The translations under genes and the position numbers were made by a program. A DNA stretch of 64,000 nucleotides from Opitutia bacterium. GTDB taxonomy: Bacteria > Verrucomicrobiota > Verrucomicrobiia > Opitutales > Opitutaceae. Positions 17,714 to 27,763 of the stretch are shown here, one piece after another (the first letter of the stretch is position 1; each line of letters begins with the position of its first letter). The DNA lies in contig JACRHS010000016.1 of the NCBI GenBank assembly GCA_016217595.1, positions 1-64,000 on the forward strand, written 5' to 3'. Under the pieces are notes generated by a model, which did not search any database, was not told the origin of the DNA, and worked only from the letters and a program-made list of their open reading frames with translations.

Positions 17714-19216
17714 ATGTCCTGGCAAATCGCAAAACGCAGCTCGCTGGTCTACGTCGCCTTGGCGGCGGTCGTGCTCGGCGTCGGTGCGTGGCAGACGGTG
17801 GAGCACCGCCGCGTGCGGCAGGCGGCGCGGCAGGAGTTGATCAACCGCGGTCGCGATATCACCTCGACGCTCGGCGTGGTGGTGCGTTCGCAGCGCCGGT
17901 TCGGGCTCGTCATCTCCAAGGAACGGATCGAGTCCGCGCTCCAGGATCTGGTCCGGCCCGATTACCTGGAGTCCATTGCCATCCTCGGCGCCACGGGCGA
18001 GCCCATCGTCAGTGCCGGCCCGGCGGTCGATCTGACGCCTGAAATGCTGAAGGAGCGCGGCGAGTTTTGGCACCACCGCACGCTCACGTTGATGAATTTG
18101 ATGGATCTGGGCGCCAGCCAGCCCGAAGCCGGCGCGCACGCTCCGCCGGCGTTGGTGCTGCCGGATGAGCGCCTCGCCCGTGTCCGGCGCTCGCCCGCGG
18201 GCAGTCGCGCCGCCGCGAATGCTGCCAAAGCGGGGAAAGCTCCAGCTCCTGCGACGACGACAACTGCCCCTGCCGCGACTGCAGGCGCGAGCGGCACTCC
18301 GCCATTCGGCCGCCCCTCATGGATGAGCCAGGAGGAATACGAGTCGGTGATCCAGAAACAGGGCATGCACAGCCTCGTCATCGTGCTTTCGACGGAGGCC
18401 ATGCAGCGGGCGTTGCAGCGCGATCTGCTGTTGCGCTCGTTGATCAGTCTCTTCGCCCTCGCGGCGGCTACGCTCTCCGTGCTGGCCTGGCGCAATTTCA
18501 GCAAAAACGCCGAGCTCCAGCTCCGCCTCATCAAAGCCGGCGAGATGAATACCCACCTCAAGGAGATGAATCTCGCCGCCGCCGGCCTCGCGCATGAGAC
18601 GCGCAATCCGCTCAACCTCATCCGCGGCATGGCGCAGATGATCACCATGCAGACGCAAAGTGCGCCTCAGCTCCGTCAGCACGCCGAGGCCATCATGGAA
18701 GAAGCCGACCGGGTGGCGGCGCAGTTGAACGAATTCATCAACTACTCCAAGCCGCGCGAAGCGCACCCCGCGCCGGTGGAACTCAATCGAGTCGCCGCCG
18801 ATGTGGCGCGCACGCTGGTGCCCGATCTCGAAGAGAAACGTATTCGGCTGCGCCTGCCCGAAGCGCCGTTGCGCATCCTCGCGGACGAACCGCTCCTGCG
18901 GCAGACGTTGTTCAATCTATTGCTCAACGCCACGCAGGCCGTTGAGGCCGGCGGGCAGATCGAACTGGCAGTCGCGGTGACCGAGTCCGGGAAGGCCACA
19001 TTGGAAATTCGCGACGACGGACCGGGCGTGCCCGCCGCCCAGCGCACTTCTATTTTCAAACCGTATGTGACGATGCGCCCCAAAGGCGTGGGCCTCGGGC
19101 TGGCGATTGTGCAGCAGATCGTGTCCGCCCATGGCTGGGAAATAGTGTGCACGGAGAATCAACCGCGTGGCGCGATCTTCCGCATCAGCCAGCTCAAGGT
19201 GGCTCCGGCGACGTGA
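17714..19216 (+). CDS. sensor histidine kinase, PilS/NtrB-like (2 TM, periplasmic sensor domain)
   Basis: Two TM segments flank a ~200-aa periplasmic region. H-box AHETRNPLNLIRG (NtrB/PilS-type). HATPase_c motifs DDGPGVP and GVGLGLAIV. Confidence 0.85.
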   Translation: MSWQIAKRSSLVYVALAAVVLGVGAWQTVEHRRVRQAARQELINRGRDITSTLGVVVRSQRRFGLVISKERIESALQDLVRPDYLESIAILGATGEPIVSAGPAVDLTPEMLKERGEFWHHRTLTLMNLMDLGASQPEAGAHAPPALVLPDERLARVRRSPAGSRAAANAAKAGKAPAPATTTTAPAATAGASGTPPFGRPSWMSQEEYESVIQKQGMHSLVIVLSTEAMQRALQRDLLLRSLISLFALAAATLSVLAWRNFSKNAELQLRLIKAGEMNTHLKEMNLAAAGLAHETRNPLNLIRGMAQMITMQTQSAPQLRQHAEAIMEEADRVAAQLNEFINYSKPREAHPAPVELNRVAADVARTLVPDLEEKRIRLRLPEAPLRILADEPLLRQTLFNLLLNATQAVEAGGQIELAVAVTESGKATLEIRDDGPGVPAAQRTSIFKPYVTMRPKGVGLGLAIVQQIVSAHGWEIVCTENQPRGAIFRISQLKVAPAT

Positions 19217-19304
19217 AGTGGCACTTCTTGGCTGGCACGCAAATCGCGCGTAAATCCACTCGCGCACTTTGGCGGCGGTCGTTCAAATCCACCCCGACCG
19301 GATC

Positions 19305-20672
<1,368 letters not shown>

Positions 20673-20697
20673 ACAGGCTACGCCTGTTTGGATTTTT
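20673..20697 (+). terminator. putative rho-independent terminator after the regulator gene
   Basis: 6-bp stem ACAGGC/GCCTGT with 3-nt loop, followed by TTGGATTTTT. Confidence 0.4.
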
Positions 20698-20739
20698 GAT
20701 TCCCGTTTGCCATGATAACGGGCCCCCATACCTTGGGGC

Positions 20740-21522
20740 ATGAGCACGACGCGGCTGCGTCTGATTACTTTCAATATCGCCCACGGCCGCGGACTGACTC
20801 CCATTCAGGGTGTCACGTCGGCACGAAAAATTCGCGCCAACCTGCTGAAAATTGCGCACCTGATGCAGGAGTTGAAACCCGATGTGGTGGCGTTGCAGGA
20901 GATCGATCAGTGTTCGCGCTGGGCAGGCAACTTCGACCACCTCGAATTCCTCCGCCATCACATGCGTTTTCCCCACGCGGTGTTTGGCATCACTAACCGC
21001 CGCGAGGGACTGCTGAATCTTTGTTACGGCAATGCCGTGTTGTCGCGACATCCCATCCTCGAATCTGAGAGCATCGTTTTCGGGCAGCGACGTATTGGCG
21101 AAAAAGGTTTTCTCTATGTGGAACTCGATGTGCACGGGCATCACGTGCCGTTGATCAATCTGCATCTGCATTATCGCTCGCGAGAACACCGCTTCCGGCA
21201 ACTCGACCAGCTCATGGACTGGCTAATGCTCAAGCATCGCGCGCACGGTCCGCGCTGGCGTATGCCACCGTTGGTTTGCGGCGACTTCAACACGCCAAGG
21301 ACCAATACCGATGCGACCGCTTCGCTGCATCGACATCTGGACAAATATGCCGTGTACGCGGTGCATCCGCAGCACGGGCACACGTTTCCTTCGCCCTGGC
21401 CGCAGCGGGCGCTGGACTTTATTTTTCTGCCAGCAGCCTGCCATCACGTGCGTGAAGAAATTGTGCCGGTCATGCTCTCAGACCACCGACCGGTGCAGGT
21501 GGATTTCACTTTTGGGCATTGA
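20740..21522 (+). CDS. endonuclease/exonuclease/phosphatase (EEP) family protein
   Basis: LITFNIAHGRG...ALQEID...CGDFN...SDHRPV: hallmark EEP catalytic motifs. Confidence 0.8.
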   Translation: MSTTRLRLITFNIAHGRGLTPIQGVTSARKIRANLLKIAHLMQELKPDVVALQEIDQCSRWAGNFDHLEFLRHHMRFPHAVFGITNRREGLLNLCYGNAVLSRHPILESESIVFGQRRIGEKGFLYVELDVHGHHVPLINLHLHYRSREHRFRQLDQLMDWLMLKHRAHGPRWRMPPLVCGDFNTPRTNTDATASLHRHLDKYAVYAVHPQHGHTFPSPWPQRALDFIFLPAACHHVREEIVPVMLSDHRPVQVDFTFGH

Positions 21523-21528
21523 GGCCAA

Positions 21529-22926
21529 TCAGGACGCGGGGTCCTTGCCGCCGCTGAGCCGATAGCGCAGAAACTCGCGGGTGACACCGAGGCGGCGCGC
21601 GGCGGCGGAGACGTTGTTGCCGGTCTCGCGCAGGGCGTCGGCGATCAATTCGGCGACGACATCATCGAGGGCAAAACCGCTTTCCGGCAACCGCCAGGCG
21701 GGATTGCGCCAGGATCCGGCGGCCGGCGCAGTGACTCCGCCCAGATGCGCAAAATCGAGCGGTGCGTCACCCCCGAAGATCACGGCGCGTTCCAGCTCGT
21801 GGGCGAGTTCGCGCACATTGCCGCGCCAGGGTTGCGCCTGCAGGCGGGTGGCGCCGGCCGGACTGATGCGCAGACCTTTGAGCCGGTGCCGCAGACCGAT
21901 GCGGGCCAGCAAATGCTGCGCGAGTTGCAGAATGTCGGCGCCGCGTTCGCGCAGCGGTGGCAGGGTCAGGTGCAGCAAATTCAGCCGGTGATAAAGATCC
22001 TCGCGAAACGCTCCAGCCTGCACGAGCTCCGCCAGCGGACGGTTGCTGGCGGCGAGCAATCGCACATCGATTTTGATCTCTTTGGTGCCGCCCAGCCGGC
22101 GGATCGTGCCGTCTTCCACGGCGGTCAGCACCTTGGCCTGCGTGCCCGGCGCCAGTGCGCCGATTTCGTCGAGGAACAGCGTACCGCCGTCGGCCGCTTC
22201 GAACAGCCCGATGCGCGCCTGCTTGGCATCGGTAAACGCGCCACGTTCGTGACCGAACAACTCCGCCTCGGCGAGCGTCTCGGGCAGGGCGGCGCAGTTG
22301 ATGTTGATGAAAGGCTGGCTGGCGCGCGGACCTTGTCGGTGCAGCCAGCGGGCGAGCGCGCTCTTGCCTGTGCCCGTCTCGCCTTCGATCAACACCGGGG
22401 GCAGTTGCCGCGACAGGCGGCGTTCGGTGGCGAGGATGGTGTCGATCTGACTGCGCACCGCCGCCAGACTGGTGCCGAAAAACAATGCGTCCGCATCGCC
22501 GCCCAATTCTCCGGCGCGGTGTTCCTCGCGACGAGCCACGATGCGCGAAGTCCGGCAGCGCAAGAAGGCCAGCGGCAGTTCTTCGGTCTCGAACGGTTTT
22601 GCGAGATAATCGCCTGCGCCGAGACGCATCGCTTCCACGGCTTTCTTCACACCGCCAAACGCGGTCATCACCACGACGCCGGTGTTCTCGGAGAATGCGC
22701 CCTCGCGCAGCAGCTCCAACGCCTCGCCATCGGGCAGATGCAGGTCGACGAGCGCGAAATCGAAACGCACCTCGGCCAGCAGCCGGCGCGCCTCGGCCAG
22801 GCGGGTTGCTTCGGAGACGACTGCGCCGAGTGCGTGCAGGTGGGCGGCGAGACGTTTGCGCAACGGTGCATCGTCTTCCAGCAGGAGAATTTCGCAGCCG
22901 GAGGGGAGGGTGGTATCGGCGGACAT
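21529..22926 (-). CDS. sigma-54-dependent transcriptional regulator with REC domain
   Basis: ATG at 22926 (MSADTTLPSGCEILLLEDD). REC, AAA+ with GETGTGKS, ELFGHERGAFT(D)A and R-finger. C-terminal HTH. The track ORF extends to 23484, but that extension is antisense to trpA. Confidence 0.85.
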   Translation of the reverse strand: MSADTTLPSGCEILLLEDDAPLRKRLAAHLHALGAVVSEATRLAEARRLLAEVRFDFALVDLHLPDGEALELLREGAFSENTGVVVMTAFGGVKKAVEAMRLGAGDYLAKPFETEELPLAFLRCRTSRIVARREEHRAGELGGDADALFFGTSLAAVRSQIDTILATERRLSRQLPPVLIEGETGTGKSALARWLHRQGPRASQPFININCAALPETLAEAELFGHERGAFTDAKQARIGLFEAADGGTLFLDEIGALAPGTQAKVLTAVEDGTIRRLGGTKEIKIDVRLLAASNRPLAELVQAGAFREDLYHRLNLLHLTLPPLRERGADILQLAQHLLARIGLRHRLKGLRISPAGATRLQAQPWRGNVRELAHELERAVIFGGDAPLDFAHLGGVTAPAAGSWRNPAWRLPESGFALDDVVAELIADALRETGNNVSAAARRLGVTREFLRYRLSGGKDPAS

Positions 22927-23046
22927 CGCGAGCAGCAATGCGCGCGAAGGCGTGCGGTTTTTCAACCCAAATCCCGCGCCTCTCGACACAGTCGCAGAGA
23001 ATTTGCACTCGCCCCGCGCCCTCGGCTCCTTGCAGTCTTGCGCCCG

Positions 23047-23856
23047 ATGTCTCGTATCGCTCAAGCCTTCGCCCGCGCTCGCGCGCAGAATCGCGCCGCT
23101 TTTGTGGCCTATCTCTGCGCCGGTGATCCCGATTTCGACACTTCGCTCGCCGCCTGTCGCGCCGTGCTGCGCAACGGCGTCGACGTGCTGGAGCTGGGCG
23201 TGCCGTTTTCCGATCCGCTCGCCGACGGACTGACCAACCAGCTCGCGGCGCAACGCGCCCTCGAAAGCGGCATGACCCGGGAGCGCGTGTTTGCGCTGGT
23301 GCGGGCGTTGCGGGCGGAGTTCAGCGAAACGCCCATCGTGTTTTACACGTACTACAACTTGGTTTTCACGCAGGGCGTCGATGCCTACGTGGCCGAGGCC
23401 AAGGCGGCCGGTCTCGACGGCATGCTCACGCTCGATCTGCCGCCCGAGGAGGCCGGTGAGCTGCTGACGGCCTGCGGCCGGCACGCGTTGGACACTGTTT
23501 TTATTGTGGCGCCGACAACGCCCGACGCGCGAATCGCGAAGATCGCCGCCGTCACTTCAGGTTTCATCTATTATGTGCCCATCGAGGGCGTGACCGGGGT
23601 GCGCGACCAAGTGGCGGGTGGCATACCCGAAGCGCTGGCCCGCATTCGCCGCCAGACATCGCGTCCTGTGGTGGTGGGCTTCGGGCTCTCGCGCCGGGAG
23701 CACGTGGCGCAGGTGGCGGCACACGCCGATGGCGTTGTCGTCGGTAGTGCGCTTGTGAATGTCATACGCCAGCATCTGGACAACCGGGCGGAGATCGCGC
23801 CGCGGCTGGGAACGCTCACGGCAGATTTGGTCGCGGGTACGTCGCGGCGGAGCTGA
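23047..23856 (+). CDS. trpA: tryptophan synthase alpha subunit
   Basis: 269 aa; FVAYLCAGDPDFDTSL...LELGVPFSDPLADG...GFGLS fits the TrpA TIM-barrel. No trpB adjacent. Confidence 0.85.
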   Translation: MSRIAQAFARARAQNRAAFVAYLCAGDPDFDTSLAACRAVLRNGVDVLELGVPFSDPLADGLTNQLAAQRALESGMTRERVFALVRALRAEFSETPIVFYTYYNLVFTQGVDAYVAEAKAAGLDGMLTLDLPPEEAGELLTACGRHALDTVFIVAPTTPDARIAKIAAVTSGFIYYVPIEGVTGVRDQVAGGIPEALARIRRQTSRPVVVGFGLSRREHVAQVAAHADGVVVGSALVNVIRQHLDNRAEIAPRLGTLTADLVAGTSRRS

Positions 23857-23871
23857 GCAAAGTAAATCAAC

Positions 23872-24783
23872 ATGGCCCGCCGCGTATTGCTCATCGATGA
23901 CGACCGCTTGCAGGAGCGGATCGTGCGGCAATACCTCGCGAAGTTGCAGGGCGAGGGCTTCGCGCTCGAATGGGCCGCCACCTACGAAGAGGGGCTGACC
24001 CGTCTGCTCGGAGGAGAATTTGCGGCGTGTCTGCTCGATTACCAGTTGGGTCCACGCAATGGACTCGACCTGTTGCGCGAAGCGGTGGCCGCAGGCTGCC
24101 GGATACCGATCGTGTTTCTCACCGCGGAGACATCGGAGAAGGTCGACATCGAGGCGATGAACGCCGGCGCGCACGATTATCTGGTGAAGGGGGAGATCAA
24201 TCCGCGCACGCTGGAGCGTTCGCTGCGCTATGCGATGAAACTGGGCGCCACGCTGGAGGCGTTGCGCAATCTCGCGACGCATGACCAGCTCACCGGCTTG
24301 CTCAATCGGAGGGAATTTGACCGCGTGTTGGGCGAGGAAGTGGAGCGCGCGCGCCGGTTCGACCGCTCTCTCGGACTGATCCTGGCGGACGTCGATCACT
24401 TCAAACGCATCAACGACACGCTCGGCCATCTCATCGGAGACGAGGTGCTGCGCGAAGTGGCGCGCCGGCTGCAAACCCAGGTGCGCAGTGTCGACCGGGT
24501 GATGCGGTACGGCGGCGAGGAATTTGCCGTGTTGCTGATGGAAACAGATTATCAGGCATCATCCGATGTGGCGCAGCGCATTGTGGCGAACATGGCACAG
24601 ACACCGGTAGTGCTGGCCGATCAACGATCCATCGAAGTGCGTCTGAGTGCCGGTGTGGCCGTGCAGCCGATCGATGCGGAGGATGGCATGGCGTTGGTAG
24701 CGGCCGCCGATAAGGCGTTGTATGCGGCGAAGGCGGGCGGCCGCAATCGTGCGGTGCTATTCCGCAACCTGGCAGAACGTTGA
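23872..24783 (+). CDS. response regulator-diguanylate cyclase (REC-GGDEF)
   Basis: REC (VLLIDDD...DYLVKG). GGDEF domain with RYGGEEF active-site motif and RxxD I-site-like DHFKRIND. Confidence 0.85.
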   Translation: MARRVLLIDDDRLQERIVRQYLAKLQGEGFALEWAATYEEGLTRLLGGEFAACLLDYQLGPRNGLDLLREAVAAGCRIPIVFLTAETSEKVDIEAMNAGAHDYLVKGEINPRTLERSLRYAMKLGATLEALRNLATHDQLTGLLNRREFDRVLGEEVERARRFDRSLGLILADVDHFKRINDTLGHLIGDEVLREVARRLQTQVRSVDRVMRYGGEEFAVLLMETDYQASSDVAQRIVANMAQTPVVLADQRSIEVRLSAGVAVQPIDAEDGMALVAAADKALYAAKAGGRNRAVLFRNLAER

Positions 24784-24790
24784 TTGGTGC

Positions 24791-25672
24791 TCACGCCGGC
24801 GCTGGCGCAATGACGCGCAGGCAGGCGGGGCGAACGGAAACTTCGAGGCGAGTCGTGACTGGATGCACTTCGCCGTCGGTATGGAAAACGCCCGGCTCGG
24901 TGCGCTCGATGATGAATTGCGCACTCTGAAAACGGCGGACCCGCGGATCGCGCTCCAACGTGCCGCGGAAGAGCCGCCAGACCAGCGGCACGGCGGAAAA
25001 CAGAGTCGGCGGCGGCACGACGACCAGGTCGAGCAGCCCGTCGTCCAGGCGAGCACTTGGGGCAATGCGGGCGTTGTTGCCGTACTGCGCGGCGTTGGTG
25101 ACCGCGATCAGGAGGGCGGTGGTCTCGTGCCGGGCACCGTCGACGTGGAAAATATAACGCTCCGGGCGATAGCGCCACCAGTGCGCAGCGGTGGTTTGCA
25201 GATAAGCGACGAGCCCCCGGCGGGTGCGCTGGTTGAAACGCTGCACCACGTCGGCATCGAAGCCCGTGCCCAGTGCGCAGAAAAAAGGCTGACCGTTGGC
25301 GACACCCGCATCGATGACGCGAGGCGCGCCATTGACCAGATTGGCGAGGGCGTCGGCCGTGCGCAGCGGTACGCCCAGATCGCGGGCGAGCCCGTTGCCC
25401 GAACCGAGCGGCACCAACCCGAGCGCGGTCGGAGTGTCGAGCAGTGCTTGGGCGATTTCGTTAACCGTGCCATCGCCGCCTACTGCGACGACGGTGGTGC
25501 AACCGTCGGCAACGGCGTCGCGGGCCAGTGCCGTCGCGTGTCGCGGCACAGCGGTGAAAACGAGATCGGCGTCAAGGTGCTCCCTCGCGATGAAAGCGCG
25601 CAGGCGGTCCGCCAGCGTTGGATCGCGGCGAACATGACCGGAGCGGGGATTGAGGATGAAGCGAAGTTTCAC
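24791..25672 (-). CDS. lipid/diacylglycerol kinase (DAGK_cat; YegS/BmrU-like)
   Basis: FILNPRSG and VVAVGGDGTVNE motifs. GTG start at 25672 preferred; the track's 25741 start would overlap the divergent miaA by 27 nt. Confidence 0.7.
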   Translation of the reverse strand: MKLRFILNPRSGHVRRDPTLADRLRAFIAREHLDADLVFTAVPRHATALARDAVADGCTTVVAVGGDGTVNEIAQALLDTPTALGLVPLGSGNGLARDLGVPLRTADALANLVNGAPRVIDAGVANGQPFFCALGTGFDADVVQRFNQRTRRGLVAYLQTTAAHWWRYRPERYIFHVDGARHETTALLIAVTNAAQYGNNARIAPSARLDDGLLDLVVVPPPTLFSAVPLVWRLFRGTLERDPRVRRFQSAQFIIERTEPGVFHTDGEVHPVTTRLEVSVRPACLRVIAPAPA

Positions 25673-25714
25673 CGATTGAGAAAATGGCTTGGAGCGGGCG
25701 CGGCGGCGGCGAAG

Positions 25715-26632
25715 ATGGCGGCAATGTCTGCTCCCTCGCAACGCGTTTTAACCGTGCTCACCGGCTGCACCGCCGTGGGCAAGACGGAGTGGGCGTTGCG
25801 CTGGGCGGAGGAGCACGACGCAGAGATCGTCTCTTGCGACTCGCTGCTGTTTTACCGCGGCATGGACATCGGCACGGCGAAACCCACTGCGGCGGAGCTG
25901 GCGCGCGTGCCGCACCATCTCATCGACATCTGCGCGGTGCCGGAGCGGATGGATATCACGCGGTACGTCGCGTTGGCGCAGCGGTGCGTGGCGGAGATCT
26001 CGGCGCGCGGGCGGCGGGTGCTGGTGGTCGGCGGCAGCGGATTTTATCTCAAGGCGTTTATCGCGCCGGTGGCGGACGATGTCGAAGTGCCGGTGGAAGT
26101 GCGGCAGCACGTGGCGGCACTGACGCTGCCGGCGGCCCTGGCAGAATTGCGCCAGCTCAATCCGGCCGGACTCGGCGCGCTCGACACCGCCAATCCGCGA
26201 CGGGTGTTGCGCGCGTTGGAACGTTGTCTGGCATCGGGGCGAACCATGGCGGAACTCGCGGCGGATTTTGCACGTCAACCGGCGCCGTTTGCCGATTGGA
26301 AGGTGGAATTGCTGCGGCTGGACCGGCCGGCGGCGGAGCTGGAGCTGAGAATTGCGGGGCGGGTCGACGCGATGCTGGCGGCCGGGCTGGTCGAGGAGGT
26401 TCGAGGTCTGGTGCCGCAGGGACTGGAGGAAAATCCCAGTGCGGCCCGGGCCATTGGCTATCGGGAGGTGTTGGCGATGCTTGCCGGGCAGTTGCCGATC
26501 TCGGAGTTGCGCGCGGAGATTATTAAAAACACGAGAGCGTTGGTGAAGAAACAGCGCACGTGGTTTCGCACGCAGTTGCCGGCGCATGAGCCGATCGCAC
26601 TGGCTGGCACGAGCGGATCGGCGGCGCCGTGA
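25715..26632 (+). CDS. miaA: tRNA dimethylallyltransferase
   Basis: P-loop GCTAVGKTE. MiaA-typical length of 305 aa and conserved DSLLFYRGMDIGTAKP. The upstream part of the track ORF (24722-25714) is antisense to the kinase gene. Confidence 0.85.
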   Translation: MAAMSAPSQRVLTVLTGCTAVGKTEWALRWAEEHDAEIVSCDSLLFYRGMDIGTAKPTAAELARVPHHLIDICAVPERMDITRYVALAQRCVAEISARGRRVLVVGGSGFYLKAFIAPVADDVEVPVEVRQHVAALTLPAALAELRQLNPAGLGALDTANPRRVLRALERCLASGRTMAELAADFARQPAPFADWKVELLRLDRPAAELELRIAGRVDAMLAAGLVEEVRGLVPQGLEENPSAARAIGYREVLAMLAGQLPISELRAEIIKNTRALVKKQRTWFRTQLPAHEPIALAGTSGSAAP

Positions 26633-26639
26633 GGTCGGT

Positions 26640-27539
26640 TTACATTTGGGCCGAGGAGCGGACGACGCGGCCGCCCAGGCTGTTTTGCCGGTAGGCGAGG
26701 GGAGAGACGCCGTACGCGTGGCGAAAGGCGCGACTGAAGCAGTAGATGGAGGAAAAGCCGCACAGCTCGGCGATTTCCGTGATGCGGTGCGTGGTGAGTC
26801 GCAGGAGGCCGCAGGCCTTTTCCAACCGCAAGTGCCGCAAGTGCCGCGCGAGACTGAGACCGCTCGACAATTGAAACTGAGTGCGCAGATGGCTTACGCT
26901 GATGCCGAGCGCCCGCGCCATTTCCTTGGCCTTGATGGGCTGAGAACTCTGCTGTGCCAGGCGGCTCACGTGCATGACCAGGCCGGGTTCGGTGGGTTGC
27001 AGATGGTTGCGCGGATGCGTGGAGCCGGCCTGCTGGATGCGCGCGAGCAGCACGGCGAGCAAGAGGATGGTGAGGTTGGCCTCATTGGGTAGCAGGTAAG
27101 CGTGCACGAGTTCGGTCACCACCTGCCGCACTATTGGCGTGATTTTGAAGGGGCGAAACTTGAGGGGCGCGAGCGCATCGACGTCGATCATCTCAAAGGT
27201 GATGAAGAGCCAGTTCATGTCCTTCTCCGCAGCATCGACATAGTGGTGGAACTGGAATGGGAAAACCAACAATCCCTCGCCGTCATTGAGGCGGATGGCT
27301 CGATCATCGACGCAGACGGTGATCGAGGTGCGCAGCGCGAGAATGAGGGTGAAACGGTGGTGCAGGAAGCGGCCGCGCTCGGCGCGATTCAGATGCGTGG
27401 CCATGTTGCGGCGGAAGCAGATGACGTTGTCCGGCAGCGATTGGAGCGAGCCGCGACGTCCGCTCAGCAGCGGGAGCATGGGCGAGGCCAGCCGGGTCAA
27501 AAGCGTGTCGAGCGAGGGTTGGGAGGGTGAAATGGCCAT
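26640..27539 (-). CDS. AraC-family transcriptional regulator
   Basis: C-terminal AraC HTH (ARALGISVSHLRTQF...RITEIAELCGFSSIYCFSRAFRHAYGVSP). N-terminal cupin-like effector domain. Divergent from the downstream secreted-protein operon. Confidence 0.85.
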   Translation of the reverse strand: MAISPSQPSLDTLLTRLASPMLPLLSGRRGSLQSLPDNVICFRRNMATHLNRAERGRFLHHRFTLILALRTSITVCVDDRAIRLNDGEGLLVFPFQFHHYVDAAEKDMNWLFITFEMIDVDALAPLKFRPFKITPIVRQVVTELVHAYLLPNEANLTILLLAVLLARIQQAGSTHPRNHLQPTEPGLVMHVSRLAQQSSQPIKAKEMARALGISVSHLRTQFQLSSGLSLARHLRHLRLEKACGLLRLTTHRITEIAELCGFSSIYCFSRAFRHAYGVSPLAYRQNSLGGRVVRSSAQM

Positions 27540-27763
27540 TTGAAGTAAATGCTAAAATCTTCGGTGTTTTAGCCATTTCATACAAACAGCTCGAATGCTA
27601 TGATGCGAGCCGAAACCTCCCAACCGCATTTCCCACGGCGTCCGTCCGGTACCCGCGCTCCACTGCTTCGGTCTCTTGCTTCCGAATCAGCATGAGTGCG
27701 GGTGACGACGAAAACTAACGCGATGCGGTGTGCAGCTGCTTTTGCTTTTTGCTTCTCCCACCC

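Noticed and set aside
22927-23484. N-terminal 186 codons of the 651-aa track ORF for the sigma-54 activator
   Set aside because: This part is antisense to trpA and has no regulator-like sequence. The real gene starts at ATG 22926 with the REC domain.
24722-25714. 5' 331 codons of the 636-aa track ORF containing miaA
   Set aside because: It is antisense to the lipid-kinase gene. MiaA homology (P-loop at the N-terminus) begins at ATG 25715.
24791-25741. Divergent 27-nt overlap between lipid kinase (track start 25741) and miaA (25715)
   Set aside because: Almost certainly an ORF-caller artefact. The kinase homology (FILNPRSG) starts right at an in-frame GTG at 25672, which removes the overlap.
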